This document shows positions 16,600 through 25,470 of a DNA stretch of 64,000 bases, piece after piece (position 1 is the first letter of the stretch; each line of letters starts with the position of its first letter). The stretch is from the IMG/VR virus record IMGVR_UViG_3300043219_000566, positions 62,001 through 126,000 of that record. One strand, given 5' to 3'. The position numbers were made by a program, and so were the translations under genes. The notes under the pieces were generated by a model. That model ran no database searches. It saw nothing but the letters and a program-made list of their open reading frames with translations, and was not told where the DNA came from.

Positions 16600-16956
16600 A
16601 TGGCCATTCTGGGAGCTTACGAAAACAAGGGCGAGGTCGTCATTGAGTTCCGCGACCACGGGCCTACTCGGCTATCGTGGCGCGCGGCGCTAACGCGCTG
16701 CGCAGCCGTTGCACAAGCTGAAACTGCCATGAGCACCGGTTGCCGCGAGCCAGGCATCCAGAACGCCGTCGAGCAGATTTTGGCAGCCGCCCGCGACGCG
16801 CGGAAGAAGGACCCTGAGCAAACTGGCTGGAGGCCACCGCGCAGCGTCAGCATGTACAAGCAGGGTAACCGCAAAGAGATCGCTTGCGATCGCAGACTGA
16901 GCGCGCTGGGTCTGTCCGCACCAGCATCCAGCGGGATCATCGTCCCCGGGCAGTAG
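16600..16956 (+). CDS. Hypothetical protein
   Basis: GGAG RBS immediately after the upstream stop; ATG 16600. Confidence 0.7.
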   Translation: MAILGAYENKGEVVIEFRDHGPTRLSWRAALTRCAAVAQAETAMSTGCREPGIQNAVEQILAAARDARKKDPEQTGWRPPRSVSMYKQGNRKEIACDRRLSALGLSAPASSGIIVPGQ

Positions 16957-17578
16957 TGTCGATTGATCCCAAACGGTCTGCGACCTGGTTGAGCAACCCT
17001 GCCACGAGACGGCACTTCTGGCCCAGGAGTCTCCAGGCCTTATGCTCGCGCGTAGGTAGCATTTCCAGGAATCCCAGCAACGCTTTGAAATAACGTTCGG
17101 TATCGTCCAGTAGCCGATCCGCACGCGTCCGTCGTTGCTCGCCGTCTGCGGCTACACGAGTTGTTACCGGTTTGCGCAGATACGCTCGGATATCGCGCTC
17201 AGTGCGGATCAACGGATCTCGTAACAATTCGCGAATGACAATGTTGGGGTCCTTGTGTTTTTTCAACTTGCCACAGCGCACCTCGTGCCCTTGCCGCGGC
17301 AGCACTAGACGTATTCCCGTCCAGCTGAACCCACGCGCGATCGCCCGCTTGAGCACGATAATGTGGACGAAAGCGAAACGATAGCAATCCTGCAGCAGGC
17401 TGATCGGTACACCGGCCTGCTGGCTGATACCTTTGAAGGAGTAGTTGTTGATGTCCACGAGCGTACGCACAAGCCGACCTAGCTGATGGCGCTCGGTTAG
17501 ATGCGGGTCCAAGATGACGTCGGCAAGCTGCTGTATTAGCCTCGTCGTCCTTCTCGGCAATTTGCGTGTGTGTGCCAT
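16937..17578 (-). CDS. Basic putative DNA-binding protein (HTH-like)
   Basis: GGAGG RBS; SFKGISQQAGVPISLLQDCYR is helix-turn-helix-like; Arg/Lys-rich. Confidence 0.55.
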   Translation of the reverse strand: MAHTRKLPRRTTRLIQQLADVILDPHLTERHQLGRLVRTLVDINNYSFKGISQQAGVPISLLQDCYRFAFVHIIVLKRAIARGFSWTGIRLVLPRQGHEVRCGKLKKHKDPNIVIRELLRDPLIRTERDIRAYLRKPVTTRVAADGEQRRTRADRLLDDTERYFKALLGFLEMLPTREHKAWRLLGQKCRLVAGLLNQVADRLGSIDTTARGR

Positions 17579-17628
17579 TTCAAATACCTCCACGGCGCGT
17601 CGATAGCTAAACGAAAGACGACGTGTTC

Positions 17629-17664
17629 AAAAAAGAAGCCGCCCCGGCACGAAGCCGGGGCGGC
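17629..17664 (-). terminator. Intrinsic terminator
   Basis: 11-bp stem GCCGCCCCGGC/GCCGGGGCGGC, then TTCTTTTTT. Confidence 0.85.
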
Positions 17665-17689
17665 ATTGTGTTTGGCAGTCGCGGATCGT

Positions 17690-17764
17690 CTAGCAAATCC
17701 AGCGGCCGATTGCATAGCAGATCAGCAAGAACAAGCCGAGCCCTTCGACTACTTTCGTTTTCAT
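17690..17764 (-). CDS. 24-aa single-TM peptide MKTKVVEGLGLFLLICYAIGRWIC
   Basis: GGGGAG RBS 5 nt upstream; followed directly by the terminator. Confidence 0.55.
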   Translation of the reverse strand: MKTKVVEGLGLFLLICYAIGRWIC

Positions 17765-17825
17765 GCTTGCTCCCCTTGTGTCAGCGCGATCATAACGTTG
17801 CTCAGGTTGGCGCGTTCTCGGTGCA

Positions 17826-18407
17826 CTACTTCTTCTGCCTCTTCTTCTTGGCCTCCGGTACCAGCTCGCCCGAAGGAGCCATGGGATCGGCAACGAGACC
17901 AATTTGAAATGGGAAGTAGAACTCAGCAAAGCTCCGTGCAATTTTGCGGCGCGTAGCTGGCGCGCGTCGGCTATCATCCCAGCTAGATAATGCAGTACAC
18001 ACGTCCATCCAGCGAGCTAGTGCGTTGGCCATCGAGCGATTTCTGATCTGTTTAACGAGCCCACACCCCGCTTCAGTGCCAGTAAGCTTGTCGAGAATGA
18101 AACTCGTGAATATAGCAAACTGCGGGTCCACTATATTCATAACCACGATACAGCTCTCTCTCACGCCGGACATCGAGCAGTGCGCCAAGCGCTCGAATTC
18201 GATGCCGACGTTGGCCAAGAACATTGCTAGGTGGTAATCGCTTTGCGCAGCGCACTCTCGGTAGCTTCTCTCGACTTGCTCAGGCTTCTGCTGGTACAAA
18301 GAACAAAACTCTTGCAGAGGCTGGCCAAACCTCAGCATGATTTCGTGAGTGTGCGCATTGAGCAATTCCACCGCGGTCTGAAGCGACTTCAACGAGTAGC
18401 TCTCCAT
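17826..18407 (-). CDS. Hypothetical protein with basic C-terminal tail
   Basis: AAAGGAGG RBS before ATG 18407; visibly lower GC than the flanks. Confidence 0.75.
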   Translation of the reverse strand: MESYSLKSLQTAVELLNAHTHEIMLRFGQPLQEFCSLYQQKPEQVERSYRECAAQSDYHLAMFLANVGIEFERLAHCSMSGVRESCIVVMNIVDPQFAIFTSFILDKLTGTEAGCGLVKQIRNRSMANALARWMDVCTALSSWDDSRRAPATRRKIARSFAEFYFPFQIGLVADPMAPSGELVPEAKKKRQKK

Positions 18408-18429
18408 GAAGGCCTCCTTTCTGAGATAG

Positions 18430-18678
18430 TCACAATGACATCTCGCTGACTCCCGCACCCAGAACGATGCTCTGCCCGTAGCCGAGCGCAGCTGTTTCGC
18501 GGAGAGCTTCAGCAGCCCGGCGCGGACTTGAGAACTGTCCGCCGAAGACAACCGTCTCCTGGTCGATAGCGACCTCCGGAAAGAACTTGCCCTTGGCGTC
18601 GTAATCGTCAGCGGCGCAGATCAACGCGGGCGGATTGACGGGACCGTCGTTTCGGAACCACAGTTCGATCATTGACAT
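18430..18678 (-). CDS. Small hypothetical protein
   Basis: GGGAG RBS. Confidence 0.65.
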   Translation of the reverse strand: MSMIELWFRNDGPVNPPALICAADDYDAKGKFFPEVAIDQETVVFGGQFSSPRRAAEALRETAALGYGQSIVLGAGVSEMSL

Positions 18679-18882
18679 TCTCCCGTTTTAGCTCCCCAGG
18701 TAAAAAAGTCATCAGCGGGCGAGGCATCTCGTCGATTCTCTGACTGGTCAAATGACCTAGATCGCCTGGGGTTAGTTGTGACTGGCGGATAAGTCGACAC
18801 ATGATCAATTCCTTTTCAGCATGTGAACGCGGATAGATAACTTGAGCCCGGCCGGAGCCGGGCCGCCTACCTTTTGCTGTAT

Positions 18883-19374
18883 TCAGAACGGATTGATCGA
18901 ATCCCAGAAACCAGGGTCGTCCCAGATCACGAGCCCGGCAGTCTCCCGGGCTTTCATCCAGTTCGCGCGTGCGTCCTGCGCGACTTCTTTGGCGTCGTAG
19001 AACGCCGTGCGTTTCTCTTCCACGAGCGTGCTGCCGACGGAGTCCTTGTTCATCTTCACGTAGCCGTAGACCAGCTGCGCGCTGATGAACCCGTCGAACG
19101 ACTCTCGGTACTTGCGCCCGGCCAGCGTAGACCTGCGCGTCAGCAGCTCATCGACATCTGCGATGTTGGACTCATCGAACGGCAACGGCGTGTCGCCGAA
19201 AGCGATCTGCACCTCGTCGATCAACTGCGCTAACGCAGTCTGCTGCTCCGCGGCTAGCTGCTCCGTGCTGCCATCGTCAGCCTGAACCGACTCCCCGCAG
19301 CCAGTGAGAAAGACTCCGCCGCAGCAGAGTGCAACAAAGAAACAGAACGCCAGTTTGAAAGTGTGAGATTTCAT
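18883..19374 (-). CDS. Predicted lipoprotein
   Basis: AAGGAG RBS; hydrophobic signal ending in lipobox LTGC. Confidence 0.72.
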   Translation of the reverse strand: MKSHTFKLAFCFFVALCCGGVFLTGCGESVQADDGSTEQLAAEQQTALAQLIDEVQIAFGDTPLPFDESNIADVDELLTRRSTLAGRKYRESFDGFISAQLVYGYVKMNKDSVGSTLVEEKRTAFYDAKEVAQDARANWMKARETAGLVIWDDPGFWDSINPF

Positions 19375-19400
19375 CGCGGTCTCCTTGCGGCCGCGTCCGG

Positions 19401-19435
19401 CCATTCAAAAAACAAGCCCCGGACCCGTCGGTCCG
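19401..19435 (-). terminator. Terminator, copy 1 of a 35-bp direct repeat
   Basis: CGGACC stem with 4-nt loop and GGGCTTGTTTTTT tail; 34/35 identical to 20038-20072. Confidence 0.75.
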
Positions 19436-19443
19436 GAGCAACT

Positions 19444-19806
19444 TCACGTGCTACTTTTTGTCGCGCAGAATCCTCTTTCGGCAGCTGCGTCTACTTGCTC
19501 CTGGATTATCTCCTTGTCGTGTTTACCAGCGTGCAGAGTGAGAACGACTTTCTCTTCGGGCAGCAACATCCGAACGGTCGAATTGACAAACTCGTCGTCG
19601 TTTCGCGCGGTTTTGCGCACGACGGTAGCGCTCAAAGGCTGGAGCCTGATCACCGTGAATCTGCTGTCCGGCACCAGCGAGTGGAGCGTGAACGCTACCT
19701 CACCGCGCAAAGGCCCGTCCAAGAATACGAACAGCTGACCGTTGGGCGTATAACGCAAAGGCAACACAACCTCTCCGCTGGTACATACCTCTACAGACGT
19801 GTGCAT
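19444..19806 (-). CDS. Hypothetical protein
   Basis: AGGAG RBS before ATG 19806. Confidence 0.65.
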   Translation of the reverse strand: MHTSVEVCTSGEVVLPLRYTPNGQLFVFLDGPLRGEVAFTLHSLVPDSRFTVIRLQPLSATVVRKTARNDDEFVNSTVRMLLPEEKVVLTLHAGKHDKEIIQEQVDAAAERGFCATKSST

Positions 19807-19819
19807 GACATCTCCTTCT

Positions 19820-20026
19820 TCACTGTGGACAGCGAATGTCGTCATCACCCAGGTCTTCTACGAACGAGTGGATGAGACAGAAATTGTCTTTTACGTCGGC
19901 GGGCAGACTTCCCCAGATCTCTTCCAGAATTCCACTGTACTTCATGCCTCCGCTGTCTATCTCTGGAAGGTTACGATAGATGCAGACAAGCGCGGTTCTC
20001 AGTCTGTCGAGTAGAATGCGATCCAT
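19820..20026 (-). CDS. Small hypothetical protein
   Basis: AAGGA RBS before ATG 20026. Confidence 0.55.
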   Translation of the reverse strand: MDRILLDRLRTALVCIYRNLPEIDSGGMKYSGILEEIWGSLPADVKDNFCLIHSFVEDLGDDDIRCPQ

Positions 20027-20037
20027 TCGTTTTCCTT

Positions 20038-20072
20038 CCATTCAAAAAACAAGCCCCGGACCCGACGGTCCG
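20038..20072 (-). terminator. Terminator, copy 2 of the 35-bp direct repeat
   Basis: Near-identical to 19401-19435. Confidence 0.75.
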
Positions 20073-20090
20073 AGGCAGTTTGTTAATTGC

Positions 20091-20126
20091 AAAAAGCGAC
20101 CCGTGCCGCGGCTGGGCGGCACGGGT
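20091..20126 (-). terminator. Intrinsic terminator
   Basis: 11-bp stem ACCCGTGCCGC/GCGGCACGGGT, then CGCTTTTT. Confidence 0.75.
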
Positions 20127-20420
20127 CCAATTCAAAGAACATTAAATTGGGGCTCAAGTGCTCATGACTAGTTCTCCCTTGAACATGGCCAGAAGCGACA
20201 CGCCAGTACTTGCGGCGCACGCTCGCATTTCAGCGAGTAAGTGGTGCCGCACTTTCGTGGCTGCCCAAGCGATGCTCGCGCTTGGACGCCAATCGCAGAA
20301 CCAGCTCACAGGCTAATCCAGGTGCTTAACGATAGCAATGGATCAAATCCGAGAGCTAATTCATTCTCAATCTATAGTACCACTTTTCCCCCAGAAATTA
20401 AGCATTTTGGGGGGTCTCGC

Positions 20421-20463
20421 AGAAGAGAAAAAGCACCCGCGCCGGGTGCGGTACCGGCGCGGG
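20421..20463 (-). terminator. Intrinsic terminator closing the morphogenesis operon
   Basis: 10-bp stem CCCGCGCCGG/CCGGCGCGGG, then TGCTTTTTCTCTTCT. Confidence 0.75.
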
Positions 20464-20548
20464 CGAAGTAGCGGAGGTAGAGAACGAGTAGCGGCAGTCT
20501 AAACCACCGCGCTCTGGTCCCCCAAATATCACTGTGACGTCGGCAAGC

Positions 20549-21292
20549 CTACGTTCGTGCCAACGCAGCTCGGCTCCGCTCCTCGCGGATCTTCGGGATG
20601 TTGGCTTCGACCGCGCGCGAGAACTTCTCCCAGCGCTTTTTGTCGTAGTTCTCCAAGACGGAAACCACGCTGTTCAGTTCCGTCATCATCTCCGCTAGCT
20701 GGTGAGCCAGGTGGCCCAGCAACGCAGAACGCTCCGTCTTAGCGTGGTCGTGCGCAGCATTGAACATGTCAGGGTCGTCGGCCCACTGATCCAACTCGGC
20801 CCGCTCAGGCATCTCGGCGATGCGCAGCACATCCGGCGGATCGAACACGCCGTCGTTGTCGAGCGCGATGCCGATGTAGCGCCGGACCTCGTGGCTGAAC
20901 TCTGGCAAGGACTCGTTGGGCTCGCGCTCCAACGACACGTTGAGCGCTACCTCGTAGATGCCCCAGATGATCTCCTCGGCATCGGCCGGATCGAAGCGCT
21001 TGAAATTGGCCTCGGCCCCGCTGAGCACGTTGCAAGTGGTGATGAAGAACTCAACCGAGATGTAGAACAGATCCGTGGTGTAGCAGGTGATCAACGCCTG
21101 GAGCTTGTCCTGGTTGATCCGGGGCGGAATGGCTCCGAAGTCCTCGGCAATCGCCATCCACAGCGACTCGGGGTCCCAAGCAAATAGCTCGGTGCCGTAC
21201 TTGTCGAACACGATCGCCAGCAGCGTGGTAGCAAATGAGTCGTCATTCTCCAGCGTGCTTGCCAGTAGCTTCCGACTCTGCGTCGTCGCCAT
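20549..21292 (-). CDS. Hypothetical protein (possibly structural), last gene of the late operon
   Basis: 247-aa ORF with GGAG RBS. Confidence 0.8.
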   Translation of the reverse strand: MATTQSRKLLASTLENDDSFATTLLAIVFDKYGTELFAWDPESLWMAIAEDFGAIPPRINQDKLQALITCYTTDLFYISVEFFITTCNVLSGAEANFKRFDPADAEEIIWGIYEVALNVSLEREPNESLPEFSHEVRRYIGIALDNDGVFDPPDVLRIAEMPERAELDQWADDPDMFNAAHDHAKTERSALLGHLAHQLAEMMTELNSVVSVLENYDKKRWEKFSRAVEANIPKIREERSRAALART

Positions 21293-21806
21293 CCGGTTTC
21301 TCCAAGGGGCAGAGCTGCAGGAACAAAGCCGCGAGGCAAAGGCTATGCGACCAGATTATCAGTCCACCGCCAGCCAGCAGATCGTCCGGTTTTGCCGCGC
21401 TCTGCGTCTCGATGTCGAAGATATTGCGCTCGCTACTCAGGCGCGCCCAGCGTCCATCGAGAATCTCCAGCATCGGCAACGGCAAGCGCGGGCGCTCGGA
21501 CGGGTCCGCACGGTGTTGTGCCACAGCTTGAGCGAACTCCAACCCGTAGCGCGCTACGGCTTCACGGAAGAAAGCCACCACCGAAAGCGCATCCGACTCC
21601 ATTATGACCCGGCGGTCGAGCAAATGCGCGACAATCACGACCCCCAATGCAGCGTCCGGGGCAACGTCGCTGCCGCGATTCAGCCCGTACCAATCTGCGC
21701 CCTTTGGAAAGAGCTGGCCTCCGTAGCGTTTGATGCTGCCGAGAGCCAGCCCAGTCCGGGTCAGATCGCGTGCCGAAATTAGAGCATGGATCTGGTCAGT
21801 TTCCAC
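21243..21806 (-). CDS. Hypothetical protein
   Basis: 187-aa ORF overlapping both neighbours; GGAGG upstream of the GTG. Confidence 0.7.
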   Translation of the reverse strand: METDQIHALISARDLTRTGLALGSIKRYGGQLFPKGADWYGLNRGSDVAPDAALGVVIVAHLLDRRVIMESDALSVVAFFREAVARYGLEFAQAVAQHRADPSERPRLPLPMLEILDGRWARLSSERNIFDIETQSAAKPDDLLAGGGLIIWSHSLCLAALFLQLCPLEKPDGDDAESEATGKHAGE

Positions 21807-22273
21807 GTCTGCCGGTACCTCCGAGAAGGTCCCGCATCACCGACCGGCTCGGGTCCACCATGCGACTCGACACCGGCGTTATCGAAGCCGTAGTGGAAGC
21901 GCGCGTCGTAAGCCAGCTTCCGGCCTTCAGCTCCATTCACATCTTCCACGTTTTCGCCCTCGACGACCAAAAACAGCTGCTGGCCGTCGCGCTCGGCGTC
22001 AACCACCGATAGCCCGAGTTCAGCCGCTTGCTTGGCGATCGTGCTTGTTACCGGCGGCAGATTACTGGCGCTCGGCGGAGGCGCGGTCTCGGCCGGAATC
22101 GGAGTTGCACGTGCAGGCTCCTCTCGCGGCAATACCGCCGGTGACGTTTGAGGCTGCTCCGCGGCTGGCGGCGCAACAGGCGGCATAGCGGGCGGCGCAG
22201 CCGCCGGATTGATCGAAGCGATCACTTGCACATTATCTTCACTTCCTACAGGACTGGTTGGCTGGTCAGCCAT
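21779..22273 (-). CDS. Hypothetical protein with Pro/Ala-rich N-terminus
   Basis: GAGGAG RBS. Confidence 0.8.
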   Translation of the reverse strand: MADQPTSPVGSEDNVQVIASINPAAAPPAMPPVAPPAAEQPQTSPAVLPREEPARATPIPAETAPPPSASNLPPVTSTIAKQAAELGLSVVDAERDGQQLFLVVEGENVEDVNGAEGRKLAYDARFHYGFDNAGVESHGGPEPVGDAGPSRRYRQTWKLTRSML

Positions 22274-22287
22274 GACATTCTCCTCTG

Positions 22288-22578
22288 CTAGAATTCGCGC
22301 ATGCGTTTGCCCACATACACCTTGATCTTATCGGCCTTGAGCACTTTTTTCAGCTGGTTCATCTGTGCAGGCGACCAGCCCCGAATCATCGCTTTGAACT
22401 CCTGGATCGCCTTCGAGCGAGCGTGCGCCCGGTTCGACGAGCAGCGACAGCCCTTGCCGCCCTTGATCTTCTTGGCCGGTCCTCGCAGTTGCGGCAAAGC
22501 CGCTACGACGTCGGGGCGCTGTAACAAGCTGACCAGCACTCCATTGGTAAGAGTTGTCGTCCGAGGTCCTTTAGGCAT
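22288..22578 (-). CDS. Small basic protein with GCRC motif
   Basis: Lys/Arg-rich 96-aa ORF coupled to the upstream stop. Confidence 0.75.
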   Translation of the reverse strand: MPKGPRTTTLTNGVLVSLLQRPDVVAALPQLRGPAKKIKGGKGCRCSSNRAHARSKAIQEFKAMIRGWSPAQMNQLKKVLKADKIKVYVGKRMREF

Positions 22579-23464
22579 CTGGCGTTACTCGTTCCACCGT
22601 GATGTCGGTAACGCTATTTAAGTGAACTGCTAGAGCAGCCGCAAGTTGCTCGACCTCGTGCTGGATGTTTTCCCACCCCTCCTGCAGCAACTCGGTCCGC
22701 CTGGTGACGTAGTCGAAGGTGCGTTTGCGGTAGAACGGCGGCCACTGCGCCTCGTCTGCGGCCCCCGCCGGATAGTCCACCAGATCGCCCGGACTACATA
22801 CCGCAATCGGACGGCTCTTGGTCTCGCGCCCACGATCCGGCAGGTCGTCCCGCCACAAGAAGATCTTTGCATCGGTGCCGTCGGCCGAGCAAGTCACGCG
22901 CATGCGGTAACCAACCGGGCTATCTTCCGGATAGGCTGCGACTGCGTCGCGCTGTAGCACGAAACGTCGCGCGCCCTGTAGCGAACTGGACGAGTCCAGG
23001 GACGTTGCCCCAGGCGAGAAATCGTAGATCTTCATTTCAGCTGCGCGCAACGGAGCCAAGATGCCCAGCGCGTTCGCTAGTTTCTGGATATCGGACAGCA
23101 GCAACTCCCAGAACTGATCCATGATGGTTTCGTTCCGGAACGTCCAGCTGCCCTGGTTGCTGCGGTAGAACCCCGTCGCCGGATCGGGAGTGCTCTGGGG
23201 CCAGGTCTCCATGTCCAACGGGCTGCAGATGCCGATGAAGTGCGTACGGCCGTTGCCGTCGAGCTTGTAGAGCAAGACGTCGTGGTCGGTGCCGCTGATC
23301 GACGATGAGCTGGGAAACGAGATCGTGGAAGACGAGGACTCGATGCCTTCGATCGGGTCCCACTCGCCCGGCATCCCGACTCGCACGTCCATCCGCGTGC
23401 CGTATTCCTGCAGATTCAGCGACTCGGGAACGGCGACCATCTTGCGGACAGCGTAGTCAGGCAT
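22571..23464 (-). CDS. Protein made of two copies of an unrecognised ~100-aa domain with Ser-rich linkers
   Basis: Repeats FIGICSPLDM...FYR...W...I..LA and PIAVCSPGDL...FYR...W..I....LA. Confidence 0.8.
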   Translation of the reverse strand: MPDYAVRKMVAVPESLNLQEYGTRMDVRVGMPGEWDPIEGIESSSSTISFPSSSSISGTDHDVLLYKLDGNGRTHFIGICSPLDMETWPQSTPDPATGFYRSNQGSWTFRNETIMDQFWELLLSDIQKLANALGILAPLRAAEMKIYDFSPGATSLDSSSSLQGARRFVLQRDAVAAYPEDSPVGYRMRVTCSADGTDAKIFLWRDDLPDRGRETKSRPIAVCSPGDLVDYPAGAADEAQWPPFYRKRTFDYVTRRTELLQEGWENIQHEVEQLAAALAVHLNSVTDITVERVTPDA

Positions 23465-23466
23465 CG

Positions 23467-25470
23467 CTAGCCTCCCGCCGAAGACGAGCTGCAGACGCTG
23501 TCGGTGCGGTAGCTTACTACCAGCGCCGGGGCAAGCAGACTTATGCTGCCGTCACGTCGCGCGCCGGGATCAGAGACGACTTCTTGAATCCACAAGCCGA
23601 AGTACTCGTTGCCACCGTCCGGGTCGTAATGCCAACGATCGACGAAGAACTGCATCATCGCAGTGATATTGGGAGGCAAGCTTACCACGCCATTCTGGAT
23701 CGTCGCCGCCAGACGGTCCCAAATTACGCCGTTGCGCGCCACAGCTGGGTCATCGACCCCAGAGAACTGGTCGACTGGCAAGTACCCAGGCTTGTAGATG
23801 TCGCGCACACGCAGCACTGCGTCCTCGCCTGTCTCGGAGGTATGCGCCGTCAAGAGCAAAGCCGCGCTCAGAATATGGGCGCAGCGCGGGATTGCTAGCG
23901 GGAAGCGCAAGAACGCATCCCAGTACTCGCCCGGGTCCAGGTTTCGGCCGAAGCGAATGAAGCCCAGGTCGTTGAATACAGTCTGAGTGCCGTGTTGGTT
24001 GAAGCGTGTTGCCGCGTCCTTGGTGTGCTCCAGGTAAATTAACACGGAGAACAGATCTGGATCGACCCAGTCCGACGACGAAGACACCGGTGCCAGAGAC
24101 GATGACGACAACGCCAACGGCGGCGGCACCGCAGAGAACGACGAAGACGAAGAAGACGGTCCGAACACTGGAGCTACCGAAGATGATTCCACTTCGATTG
24201 GCTCCGGGGCCGTAAACGTCTCGCTGTCTACAAACGCTGCCACTCCGGCCCCGCCGCGCAACACAGCGCCTCTACCAACCACCGGCACGCCGAACTCTAC
24301 CATGTCCAACGAGAGCGTAGCGCACTGCTGCTGGATCTCCTTCCAGGCGCGATCCAACAAAGCTGTCGTAGGCGCGAAAATCTCGGCCTGGCTCGTACGG
24401 AAAGCAAACGGGAATTGCGGCCTGGGCGTATCCTCGGGGATCAAAGTCAGATCATTGATATCGGCTACTCTCCGAAAAACCCGCTTGCGCAGCGTGATCC
24501 CGGGGTACGGTCGGCTGATCTCGTGAACGAAGATCTTGTTGATCACGCCTGAAGTCGACGTGCAGGCGATCAGCATGCGGAATAGGCTGCCCTCGAATCC
24601 CACCTTGTCGCGCAAGTTACCTTGGTCTAAGCGCTCGACCGTGAACGACGGGACTATAGCTGGAGTGAGCGACGAAGATGAAAGGAAAAAGACGCAGTAG
24701 CTAAATCCTGGCACTGGCCTAACGACGGAGTCGCCGCCCCAGTAGAACAAGCTCAGATCGATCGAGTCGCTATTGAACGTGCCATTCCGCCCGTTACCGG
24801 ACTCGTCGGCAATCAGCGCAGTTGGTACTCCACCAGCGTGCTCAGTGGAGCCGTCCCCCATGCGCCACCAACCCTCCAAGAAGGCAGATTTGGTGTAGCT
24901 GCCAGAATCGTCATCCAGCATCAAGCCATCGGCACCGTTGTACAGCGCGACAGCTTGCGCGAAGCTTAGCGTTGTGCTCCAGATACCGACCTCGTCGATC
25001 CAGCCGTCGAATTCCGTTTCGCTGTCGAAAAGCGTGGTGGAACGCACCGCGCCGATGAGAACGTCAGCTGCCTGCATCGTCGTGCCGGTGTACGCGTTCG
25101 TGGCCGCTTGCTGCCCATCGACGAAGACCCAGAGCTGAGACGCGCTGAACGAGATAACGATGTGGTGCCACTCGGCGTCGTTGAGCACGATGCCGAGCAG
25201 CCCGCCGATGTTGTAGTTGAAGATCTCCCCGCCGATGTACACGTCCAAGTCGATAGCGTTGATCGAAAATCCGTACTGGCAGACATTTTTGAACCCCTTG
25301 GCAACGACCATGTAGCTGCCGTTACCCGCAGCCCCAGTTTTGATCCAAGCCTGCATCGACCAGCTGTTCAATCCGGGCTGGAAGTTAAAAGCCGAATGCG
25401 CACCGACGGTAACGTATTCGTTTTCCAGTATCCGGAACTGCCCGGCCCAACAGTTTTGCAATGCACCCAT
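23467..25470 (-). CDS. LamG (concanavalin-like) domain protein, probable tail or receptor-binding protein
   Basis: SMQAWIK...WHHIVISF...LWVFVDG...FDGWIDEVGIWSTTLS is the Laminin_G_3 signature; C-terminal AFLRFPL..IP...ILSAALLLT (DNRLRE-like); poly-Ser linkers. Confidence 0.8.
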   Translation of the reverse strand: MGALQNCWAGQFRILENEYVTVGAHSAFNFQPGLNSWSMQAWIKTGAAGNGSYMVVAKGFKNVCQYGFSINAIDLDVYIGGEIFNYNIGGLLGIVLNDAEWHHIVISFSASQLWVFVDGQQAATNAYTGTTMQAADVLIGAVRSTTLFDSETEFDGWIDEVGIWSTTLSFAQAVALYNGADGLMLDDDSGSYTKSAFLEGWWRMGDGSTEHAGGVPTALIADESGNGRNGTFNSDSIDLSLFYWGGDSVVRPVPGFSYCVFFLSSSSLTPAIVPSFTVERLDQGNLRDKVGFEGSLFRMLIACTSTSGVINKIFVHEISRPYPGITLRKRVFRRVADINDLTLIPEDTPRPQFPFAFRTSQAEIFAPTTALLDRAWKEIQQQCATLSLDMVEFGVPVVGRGAVLRGGAGVAAFVDSETFTAPEPIEVESSSVAPVFGPSSSSSSFSAVPPPLALSSSSLAPVSSSSDWVDPDLFSVLIYLEHTKDAATRFNQHGTQTVFNDLGFIRFGRNLDPGEYWDAFLRFPLAIPRCAHILSAALLLTAHTSETGEDAVLRVRDIYKPGYLPVDQFSGVDDPAVARNGVIWDRLAATIQNGVVSLPPNITAMMQFFVDRWHYDPDGGNEYFGLWIQEVVSDPGARRDGSISLLAPALVVSYRTDSVCSSSSAGG

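Noticed and set aside
17826-17860. NLS-like C-terminus PEAKKKRQKK
   Set aside because: Basic tails are common in phage proteins (cf. AKKGKKA at 37994); nothing else suggests a eukaryotic host.
18608-18808. 66-aa ORF with an AAGGA RBS, and a 7-bp hairpin at 18846-18863
   Set aside because: The ORF overlaps the better-supported 18430..18678 gene out of frame, and the hairpin lacks a U-tract on the coding strand; too weak to call.
20236-20270. c-di-GMP-I riboswitch resemblance (GAAA tetraloop hairpin)
   Set aside because: The conserved GCAAACC and GACGCAAAGC segments are missing; kept only as a generic structured-RNA candidate.
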